DNA from: Chrysomallon squamiferum
Taxonomy: Eukaryota > Animalia > Mollusca
Reading direction: 5' to 3'
Assembly: GCA_012295275.1 (NCBI GenBank)
Contig: CM022670.1
Span: 30,008,001-30,072,000 of the forward strand
Length of the DNA: 64,000 bases
Shown here: one piece after another, positions 53,640 to 64,000 of the stretch
Layout of the letters: every line of letters begins with the position of its first letter
Position numbering within the stretch: position 1 is the first letter of the stretch
Position numbers and translations under genes: made by a program
Notes under the pieces: model-generated
Seen by the model: only the letters and a program-made list of their open reading frames with translations
Databases searched by the model: none
What the model was told of the DNA's origin: nothing

Positions 53640-55536
53640 ATACCTGGAGGTGTAGAAGACTGCTTCTTGATCACACAGCCGAGAGGAAAAGCGATGGGTA
53701 AGGGCAAATTTCATTTGGTGGCGCTTTTTCCAAACCATTAGCACTAAATTCTTTCATTAGACCCCTATCGTGCACGCATGGTTTATTCGCCTAAGAGATA
53801 GCAGTGTGACAGGTTGGAGGATACTCTGCTTCCAGTGAACATGTTTATCGGAATTAGATAGAGGTGTGATTTCACCTTGGCGAGAAAAGAGTAAGTACCA
53901 TTCTAATGTTAAAGTCGTCACCGTTATAAAGTAGATATGAGGGATTTTTTTCTGTTTTAGTCATCAGCTTATTATTTATTATTCTTTCTTATTAGTTCGT
54001 TTTAATTTCAGTTTCCTATTACTCTTCTCTCCATTATCTGATATTATCTCTTTTGCTTTTGTTTATTATTTCGAATGATTTTTATAATATACATAATATT
54101 TGGTATAACAATATATTCACGTTAAAACCTAAAACAATGCACGTTTCTTGAATTTATTTCCTTGTTATTTGGTGCTTTTCAAGAAAATGATATATTATTA
54201 TCATATCTGTGAAATAGTTGTTTGGTATGTTCACTTAAATGTGAATAGCTTTTTGTGTTTTAAAATCACAACTAAGGTAATGTTTTTAATTAAGTTTCTA
54301 AATCTTTTATACATAGAGGTTCAGAAAAAATACTTTAAACATATAAGTCTCTGTAAAACCATGATTTATGTCGAATTCTGAAAATTAATTAATTCGATAT
54401 ACAGCATGAAACTAAGAAAATCTATATTCACGACACACAACGCGATGACAAACGTGTAAACTAAGCAACGATAAAGATTGCTTGGCGACCTCTAACAAGT
54501 ATGCAAATTGATCGCTGCGTGTTTTACATACTCAACTCTACACAGACTTGCTCAAACAAGACAGTTCTTATTATGTCATGATCAAAAATTGTAATTGTAC
54601 TGCGATTATTTGTATCCGCGGTTAAGTCACATTTAACATTTCTAAATCATTATTATTGCTTTTCTCTTTCGTCTCCTCTTTCGTCCCTTTATTTCTCCTC
54701 CTTCTCCCTTTTTCTTTTTTTTCATTCTTTCTTGTCTTCTACTGTTTCTTGTTACGTTGAACTTTTAAGAAAATATAATAAGTTAATTATCTTCTTGCTG
54801 TACGCCGCAGAGTACATAATTACGTTTGGCTTCGATTTACAAAGCAGATGCTATTATAAAGAGAAAACTAAACATGGGATTTAGCAGTGCATTAAATATT
54901 AATAACAGTGATTCGGTATAGATATTAGACATTCACTTCAAGTTAATACAGCCAGACATACTCTTAGTCATCATGTTATTATTAACTTATTATGTGTTAT
55001 ATATATGTGTATATATGTATGTATGTATGTATGTTTGTATGTATGTATGTAGGTAGGTAGGTAGGTAGGTATGAAGGTATGTTTGTATGTTTGTATGTAT
55101 GTATGAATGTATGTATGTATGTATATATATGCTTGTACATAATATGTACGTATGTATATATATGTATATGTATGTGTCTATTTTATCTATTTATATGTAT
55201 GTGTCTATTTTATCTATTTATGTATGTATATGTTGTTTATTAGTCTGAATAGCAGTTGTCTAAATAAGTATTTATCTAGTTTCAAATATTTATCTAGCTT
55301 GAATTATTTAAGAGATAAGAGCAGCCACAGTGAAAATATAAGTACTATTAGTCAAGATACAAACGCGTGACATTTCTCAGAATAATTTTATCTGATAACT
55401 TTTATTTATATACACCAGGCTTTATTGGAGATAATGGTGTGATTTTCTCTATTGCTATTTTCCAAATCAAAAATGGAAACGGAATACTATTTTGCTTATC
55501 TCTGTATCTTTGGTTTAATATAAAATACGTAAGACA

Positions 55537-55568
<32 letters not shown>

Positions 55569-56066
55569 ACACATATACACAAAATATCCACCATAAAATT
55601 CATATTTGATAAGCTTATCAAAAATTATGATACTCTCATATTTATATTAAACTAGGAGCCAAAATATTTCATCTTCTGTTAAAACATCCACCTTGTCGTT
55701 ATGTCTTGTTTATTTATTTATATGTCAAATGAAACGGAACTGTTAGTTATATCTTGTTTATAAGTTTGATGTATTTTAATAAATCCAGTACTTAAATCAC
55801 ACAAATAAGAGTTAATATAAGAAAAGCAGTGTTTAGAATGGTAATGGACGATTAACTAATCAGCTGGCTCGTTTTGATAATTGGCCTAATTAGTATATCA
55901 GTAATCGCATCACTTTTTTTGGAATGAAGACCATTTACAAATATTTTTAGTTTATTGTTATATACAAGTTTATTATTGTATTAGTATTATTACTTTGTAC
56001 AGACACTTTTTTAAAAACAATGTATTTGTTTTCAAGTCTGTTAAAGCATTTAGTCGCAATTTCTGC

Positions 56067-56098
<32 letters not shown>

Positions 56099-56315
56099 AT
56101 TATTATTATTATTATATTTATTTATTTATATATTTTTTGACTAATATAGTACTAGAATATGACACATGAATGTATATAGTCTATGTAATTAATGACTTTT
56201 ACCTCATAACACATATTTCAGTACACCAGACATCTCAGTGTATGACCTTGATATTAATTATTATGGCCGTTACTCTATCAGTACCTTACAATCATATCAA
56301 ACTTCATGACTGTTT

Positions 56316-56318
<3 letters not shown>

Positions 56319-56404
<86 letters not shown>
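56319..56404. repeat. (AG)n microsatellite
   Basis: Perfect dinucleotide run. Confidence 0.99.
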
Positions 56405-56412
<8 letters not shown>

Positions 56413-58271
56413 AATAAATAGATGGATATACGGGCAGAGAGAAACAGACAGTCAGATAGATAAATAGATGATATGCTATCTATTTATTTGTCTATTTGTA
56501 TATCTGTCTGTCAGTATGTTGATCTATCTATTTACAAACAGAGACACACATACATACATATACATACACATACAAAACCCCACATTTATAGACATAGCCA
56601 GATAGATGTATATAGTAACAGAGGGAAATAATGAGACAGAAAAAGAGAGAAAGAACGTGAAAAGGAAACGAAATACTATCTATAACACCTAAATGTCAGT
56701 TACCTGAGTTTAGATGAATACAGTGTTTAGGTTTTGTGTATCGTCAACTTGTTATTAGCTGGCACTGATCGGTCGATGGTTTTCACGGCTAAACCTTTGA
56801 ATCTTTCAAGATTATAAACGATTACAGAATAAGTGGACAACATGATTGCAGATATTTTTCAGATCACAGCATTGGTTTCTATTCTGAACTCCAAAACATT
56901 TAATTAAAAGCCTTGAAGAAAACACACAGTGCTATTTTTCTGTCCACTATTAATTAAAAAGGGATGTCTCATTTTATTCAGTGTTCATTCATTCATAGAA
57001 TATTAGCATTAGATGTCTTAATCATACGTTTCAATATGCTGTATTATATGTTTTGACCGTAATTACGTTTTAAATTTTTAATTTACTTTTCTTTTAATGT
57101 AATCAGAAGAATGATACATTTAGTTGTCTTAAATCTAATGTTATGAGTACAAGTCAAATACTTCCTATTTATAACGTGAAGTAGCTTATACATAGATATT
57201 ACGATAATTAAAACCATCTGTGTGGTTGGTCTACCGCGATTCTTGGGCAGTGATACTTATTACGTATGTAGCCTAAATATGAACAGTCAAAATTACTGAC
57301 TGTAGGTTAATATCCCCTTTAGCCCTGATCCATTATTCTGAACAATCCCTGACACTGAGTTTCATATAAAATACCGAACAGTGAGTATACACAATTTATC
57401 CTGGATTCTCTTGATATCCTTTTTTATTAATTAGATAAAAGCAATCTACGAAGATACGCATTTATACATATATATACGCTCTCTTAAACAAATACACATG
57501 CACAGACACACATATGCGCACACACATATATACACATTCTCACCCTCTAACATATATACAATTTTTGATATAATGTATTAATAATACACGTTTTTAGAGA
57601 AGATATTTAACGCTTGTAGAAAGTAAGAAGACCAGATATTGTATGAAAATAGATATTTAAAATATATAGACAAGTAAATATAATATTTAATGATTATAGA
57701 TAGTATTTCATTAATGCATACAGTATAAACAGATCAGATATTTTACGAATATCAACAATCAGTACAGAAAACATACGCAGTAATTTTAAAATTCAAGTTC
57801 GTGTTGTTTTCACACTGGTATTAAAGGAATTCTGATGCACTGAACATTTTGTATACTTGAACACTGCTATCTACAAACTACGTATTACGCTTTAGGCGCC
57901 AAATCCAATTCGTTTGCTGTTAGTGATTTGGAATATCATTAACACATGGTGCACTGCCCACTCGTAATGGACATTAACAGCGGCTTAATATTATGTCCCT
58001 CACTAAACTGGGATATGCAGTCGTTTGTCTAGAAAACATTACTATGAGCATACAAAATAAAGATTCCTCTAAATAAGCACAATTCGCAGGAACTTGTAGT
58101 CAAATCATGAAGGTGCTAACATAAAACTATAACTTCTTGTAGTTGTAATTATTCATTATTGTCAGCAGTCGTAATAGAATTTTGTGGTAGCACGATTCAC
58201 ATGATAGTGAGTTACACTGATATTCTACCAAAGCATTATGGTTGGTCCAGCACAATGCAACTAATAAGGAA

Positions 58272-58412
58272 CACAGCATCAGTGATGGTCAACCCCAGCG
58301 TCAGTGATGATCAACTACAACTTTAATGATAGTCAACTACAAGTCAGCGAGGGTCCATTTCAAGGACATTTATAGTTAACCATAACATCAATCATGATCA
58401 ACCGCAATGGTC
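58272..58412. repeat. Degenerate ~21-22 bp minisatellite (approx. CAGTGATGGTCAACTACAACAT)
   Basis: About six units of cagtgatg(g/a)tcaac... Confidence 0.75.
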
Positions 58413-59963
58413 AGCATTAATGTTCGTGATGTTTTAATTCCAGTGACAATCTTCCTGTTATATTTAGTTCTGTTAATATTAGTGACAAACATGTGAACAT
58501 ACACCGGACGAATAGAGATAAATCAACCTTGTCTGATCAATGTAGCTTCGGTAGGAGAGCGTTTCACAGCTAACTAACAGGGTGATTTTCGTCTGAAACA
58601 AAAATACTTTCTTATCTCATGCACTGTTTTTTTCTGTGCAACAGCAAATAGCTTTAGTTTGGTCAAATGTTAATTGCCATATGGACTGAGGTACAATATT
58701 GCTGTTGTAATAGGGAACAATACACATTCATACTATGAGCATCATTGTTCAAAGAAGAAATATTATACGTACAGGAATACAAATATTTAAATAAATACTT
58801 CACTAATTATTTTGGTTTTATTTTCAGATACATAGATTTTATACCAAGAAAAACAACAAAGAGTATTTTTATCTAATATCAAACTTAACCCATGAAAAGC
58901 GAGTTTTCAAACTCTGCAAGCACCAGCGTTATCATTGTTAATACATAACTGCACATATAAATAGAAATAAAGACATTACAGCTACTTACAGATGTATTAC
59001 ATATATCTGTTTTATACAAATATGTACAAAGAAATATTATATTTTTGTTATTATAATTTTAAAATCAGTTATAATGCTTTACGCGCATATGCAAACATAC
59101 ATAAATTCTTTATAAGGCTTCGAAAATTTATTTAAATATTATTTATTTACTGTCGTTTTATAATTTGATTTATTTTCATTTTCATTTTAGTATTTTTTTA
59201 TTTGTTATTCATTTATCTTTTTCAATTTCATTTTTCGTGTATTCTACTAATAATTTTGTGACAGCCCATGCATATGAAGATGAACATTTCTGTGAATTCA
59301 TCAATATTTTTGTTTCAGCGTATTTGACTCATTTCAATAACTGAATAAATTATAAAAGAAAGCCACGATTGAAGTTTAGATTCATCTGTAATCATATTAA
59401 GAGACACCTCCATATACTGGTCGAAGATTTTTTACGTGGGCATAGAAATAAGAGGCTTTATTTATTTGTTAATTTGCTTGTTTTGTTTTGTTTTATTAAT
59501 AATCCTCCTATGTGAAAAAATTAAGAAATATTTCATTATTCCCATGAAATTTAATTTAATTTCTTAAACTTCTGTATTTCGTTCTTTTGATTTTGTTTCG
59601 TTCAAAACTATAAAACTATTCTGTTTCATTTTCTTTCTTTAATTTTTTTTTACTATTTTGTCAATTTTTGTTTCCACATTCCAAAGCTACGACATAAGGA
59701 AATAAGCATTCGAACAAATAATAAATACTAGCAGATTTATCTGCTCGCAGTAATGATAATATTAAATCAATTAAACGTTTAAAAGAACTAAGAAAACACA
59801 CATAAAAAAATAATAATAATAATATCAACAACATGCAGGATTACGAATAACAATTTGTTTCCATTAAGTCCTAATGCTCGATCCTGCGGTTCCCTCTCAC
59901 TGACTCCATCCCCCAAAAAAAAAAAAAATAAAAATAAATAAATAAATAAAAATAAAAATAATA

Positions 59964-60585
59964 GGGTCATTCCGTGTCAAATCTGAAATTTTAGGCCAAT
60001 CGAACCAGTGGTGTGGGAGATATGCCCCACCCCCGAATTTTGACTATTTTGAGGAACTACTGGGCAAATCTTCATAAAATTGGTATTGTTGAAAAGGCAA
60101 TATGACAAGGATTTCAAATCTGTCATTACTGTTCAGTTTGGAAAATGTTGGGGTACGCTAGCCTTTTGACCTTTGTTATGACCTTGAAATTGACCTTGTG
60201 GATCACATGACCTTGAGATGACCTTTATTGAAATTTAATCTCTCCCACATGTTAACTAAAACATATAACAGTTTCCTGGGTGTAATATATTTTGTTTACT
60301 TGGAATCCTTGTCATATTGCCTTTTCAACAATACCAATTTTATGAAGATTGGCCCAGTAGTTCCTGAGATATGAGGGTTCAAAAGTTGGTGGTCACGCCC
60401 ATTTTTGCCAAAAATCTTAAAATTCGGGTGGGTGGGGTGGGGCTATATCTACCACACCACGAGTCCGATTGGCCTAAAATTTCAGATTTGGTACTGTGGG
60501 ATCCCAGTTAACAAGTATACCAAGTTTCATACAAATCTGAGACGGTCCAGTTTAACCCATTGGGTGATTTGACACGGAATAACCC
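59964..60585. mobile_element. Non-autonomous DNA transposon (foldback MITE), 622 bp
   Basis: TIRs GGGTCATTCCGTGTCAAATC...GATTTGACACGGAATAACCC (one mismatch), flanked on both sides by AATA within AAT-rich DNA. Internal inverted arms 59978-60041/60419-60490 and 60052-60113/60304-60365. Central TGACCTT repeats. Confidence 0.92.
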
Positions 60586-61159
60586 AATAATAAAAAAATA
60601 TAAAAAATTACCTTTTCACAGATTTTTTTTCTTGTTGTAATTTCCATTTCCTCTTAGGTAACGGTTTCAACACTGTGAGTCTAGAGATTTCATGTTATTT
60701 TTTGTGCGGCACAGTTTCTGTTTGCCTGTCATAATTTTCTATCACTGCGGGTCTTCGTATCACACTGCCGTAGGCGTTATGTAAAGAATAACAAGTAACC
60801 TAAAGAAACAGGCTTTTCCTTTTTCTAGATTGCAAGATCAAAAGTTCACTTACTCTGTCAGGGGGCATGATAAATAGATCTAAGAAGTATTTACTGAAGT
60901 GGGCTTTAAAACAAGACCTTATTTGATCAGAAATATGAATAAAATTGTAATAATTTTGTTTATGAAACTGCATACAAATTTTCTGGGATATATAATATGT
61001 AATTTGTAACAGTGGTAGTAGCTGTTGTTGTTATAGAATAGTGGTAAAGTACTTGGGTTTGTAGTATTACTATAGTTATATTTACTGTTTTAGTAATATT
61101 AAAAAAAAAAAAACTCGCAGAAGCAGTGCGAGTTGTCGCATATGGTTAGAAATAATAGT

Positions 61160-61480
61160 AACATTATTGGTAGTAGTCGTACTAGGGTAATAATTGTATT
61201 AGTAGTAATAGCCGTAATAGGTTAGTAGTAATAGTAATAGTAGTCGAACTAAGGTTAGCAGTAATAGTAATATTAGTAGTAAAAGTCGTACTAGGGCTAG
61301 CAGTAATAATAATATTAGCAGAACTAGTCGTAATAGGGCTAACAGTAATAATAACAATGGTAGCAACAGTCATGCAAGGGTTAGCAGTGATAGTAATATT
61401 AGTAGTAGTTGTCGCACTAGGATTATTATTATTAGTAGTACTAGGGCTAATAATAACAGTAATAGTGATAGTAGTGGCGG
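61160..61480. repeat. Minisatellite of ~39-42 bp built on (AGT)n (approx. GTAGTAGTCGTACTAGGGCTAGCAGTAATAGTAATATTA)
   Basis: Repeated gtcgtactaggg motif embedded in TAG/TAA triplets. Confidence 0.85.
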
Positions 61481-63249
61481 TGGTAACACCTAGACAAATT
61501 TATTGTTATTACGAAACTTTGATTTATTTTAATATTTTGTTAAAACCATTGTTCATACATTTATAAGGAAATAAAGAAATGATACATTACACAAATGGTC
61601 GACTTACTTACTTTTCTCAAACCATTCGCTTCAGAGTGTTAGTGCTGACTGATTCGGTGTCAAATCAAAGCTATTTTCAGCAAACTGAGAGACAATCTTA
61701 ATGTAATTCAAAGGCTGTTGTGTCTCCATTCTGCAGAATATACGACAGCAAATGGAATTTCGTGCTGAAAAAGACTCATCAATGAAGAGGGAAGCTTGCA
61801 ATAAGCAAAAAATTAAATTTGCTATGAACTGCGGGCAGTTGCCCACTGACTGTCAGAACGGGGATTTAATTCTTCCAGTCAAGATGAAATAGGATTTAAC
61901 AAAATGATTGAATTTATCTCCAAGATTTTCCCGAAATGAGAACTCAAAACAAAATGACTGCCAAAATTGCTTTTCAGAATAGTGATGCTGTTTGGAGCGA
62001 TTTAGCCATAGAGACTAATTCAACATAAGAAATACTAGAGTACTGACAGGTGATGGATTTTTTTTTTTTTTTTTTTTTTAATTTTCTGTTTTTGGAAGGA
62101 TGAATTTTATAAAAGAAAAATGAATCTAAATTAGAAAGAATATTGTTATTTAATAATCCGCTGTAACATCAGTTAGGTTTCTTTTCCATCATTCCAAGTA
62201 TACACAATACAATTGCTGGCGGAATTTTTTTCGTGAAAAGTTTTAGAAGTAGTTTGGAAAAGACAATTAGTTTTGTTAAAAATTACAGACCAGCGGTCTT
62301 AAGATAATTTTTAATAAAAAAAAAAATCCAAATAAAATAAAATAAAATAAATAACTACAAACAGATAATATATATATGTAATATAAAAAGAAAGATAAAA
62401 AAAAAAGGTAGAAGAATCCTAAAATGCTCAAAACATAATCAGCCCAAATAGTTTGCATTATTACTTTAAGCAGCTGTCGTTTCCTTTCTTAATGAAATTT
62501 TGCCAGCAAGCAGTTGGCTGACATAATAAACTAATCATCGTTATGGAACAATAATTCGTCTTGAAAACTGCAGCTGTGCTGAGGCGATATTCACAGATGC
62601 ATAAGGTTTTGTAATCAGCAAATAAAAACAAAAATAAAGTCACGCATTATTTACTGCAGCTAACAAGACGTCAGTAACAATAATACTTCAAATACCATTA
62701 TGACGTCATAAAAACACTACTGATGGTGTTTGCTGTACTGCCTTATTTATATCGATATATTTTTAAAATTATTTTTCTTAAATAGATTCTTTATTTATTT
62801 TTGGCTGATGGAAATGAAAAAGAACGATGACGAAGACAATAACAACAAGTATTATTATTATTATTATCATCATCATCATTTACAACAAAATAATAGCAGT
62901 TAACAAAGAAAATACATTAAATCAAAGATTATACTAATCAAATCCATTGTAAAATATTTGTATAACTTACAATCATCAGTTTTATGAATAAATGTTTACG
63001 TACGCAGAGAAGGTTCATTGTTGCAAGCTTTTTCTACTTGAAATATATCATTATTAAATGTTTATTTGCGCTGGTGTCATTTCCCGTTGACATTCGTTTC
63101 TCCTTACCTTTTACATAATAGTTTATTGATTATCAGAATATGGAATAAAAGGGTTGCGTGCCTTCTACAGAAATTAGTTATTCAAAATCTGTACCACAGT
63201 AAAGAAAACATTATTCAAAGTTAACAGACACTTTTATTATCTCTTAAAC

Positions 63250-63349
63250 TATCTACTTTATTTGTTGGATTGTTTTGTGTCTCCGTTTATATATATATAT
63301 ATATATATATAAACGGAGACACAAAACAATCCAACAAATAAAGTAGATA
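63250..63349. repeat. Perfect 100-bp palindrome centred on (TA)n
   Basis: TATCTACTTTATTTGTTGGATTGTTTTGTGTCTCCGTT-(TA)n-AACGGAGACACAAAACAATCCAACAAATAAAGTAGATA, with no mismatch and no spacer. Confidence 0.98.
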
Positions 63350-63835
63350 TCTGCATATATATATATATTTGCTTGTATTTGTTTTATAGCTTAATATTGG
63401 ATATATATATATATATATCGGCAAAACTGGCAGAGAGAGAAAGAGAGAGATAGAAAGAGAAAGAAAGAAAGAAAGATAGACAGACAGACGGATATAATTT
63501 CATGACATAAATCTTTTCATCTCCATTTTTCCTTCAGACAGGTTTTCATGAAAATGGCACCACCATTATTATTTCATTATAAAAAATAGCAAAAGACATA
63601 TATTGTCAAATGTATATATTATTTTAATTGTGTCTGCCATGTGATATAATCTATGTCTATATAGTGATGACAACTTTCTGGTTCATTTCAGTTATTTATC
63701 TGTGTTATCTCGAAATGCGAGAGAATTGTAGACAAATCTGTTGACGTCGATAACCCCTACACTTAATCAGGCCCTGTCCAGACTTCATTACAAGCGGCGA
63801 CCAAATTCAGTAAAGCATCAAGTTTTGCAGCTTAC

Positions 63836-63941
63836 CAATCCCATTTTTCGTCGAGCTTGCTGCTTTAGTAATCCAATCAACTCCAACGACGTTTCGCAGT
63901 CTTATGACCTCATAATCGTTGTCTTCGTGAGTGTCATGACT
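63836..63941 (-). other. Candidate first exon ending AAAA ATG GGA TTG|GTAAGC
   Basis: Minus-strand initiator-like TCAGTC (63938-63943), A-rich start context and a phase-0 GTAAG donor, in a CpG-richer island. Confidence 0.22.
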
Positions 63942-64000
63942 GATAGTTGCGCTGACTTAATCAGTTAAGAAGATATCACGTAAATATAATAAGTTTGTGG

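Noticed and set aside
53637-53697. Selenocysteine read-through of the TGA in the small ORF up to the 53697 donor
   Set aside because: No CxxU/UxxC-type context, no recognised selenoprotein family and no SECIS identified.
13289-62757. Three TATCGATA (DRE) motifs
   Set aside because: The count is about what AT-rich composition predicts by chance.

Overview
AT-rich (roughly 30% GC, by eye), microsatellite-dense eukaryotic genomic DNA, most likely animal. The tRNA-derived SINE family resembles elements I recall from gastropod molluscs; that is an inference, not a database result. I cannot identify any intact, recognisable protein-coding gene, rRNA, tRNA or CRISPR array, and nearly all ORFs in the supplied track are artefacts of simple repeats or AT-rich DNA. 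Well-supported content: a decayed Tc1/mariner transposase (~11.85-12.28 kb), a decayed 3' part of an L1/Tx1-type LINE (~39.5-41.2 kb), a 622-bp foldback MITE (59964-60585), several old SINE copies, degenerate minisatellites, many microsatellites, a 118-bp inverted duplication (30262-31060) and a perfect 100-bp palindrome (63250-63349). Two minus-strand exons with near-consensus splice sites (1829-1949, 811-889) suggest the 5' end of a gene that continues left out of the window. Spliced together they give a 37-codon ORF whose stop overlaps a downstream ATG. The rest looks like a large intron or gene desert in which unique, more GC/CpG-rich islands alternate with simple-sequence blocks about every 0.8-1 kb. 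I found no clear novel multi-gene system. The best leads are this quasi-periodic architecture, microsatellite-anchored inversions, the spliced small ORF, a pre-miRNA-like hairpin and a signal-peptide-like small ORF.
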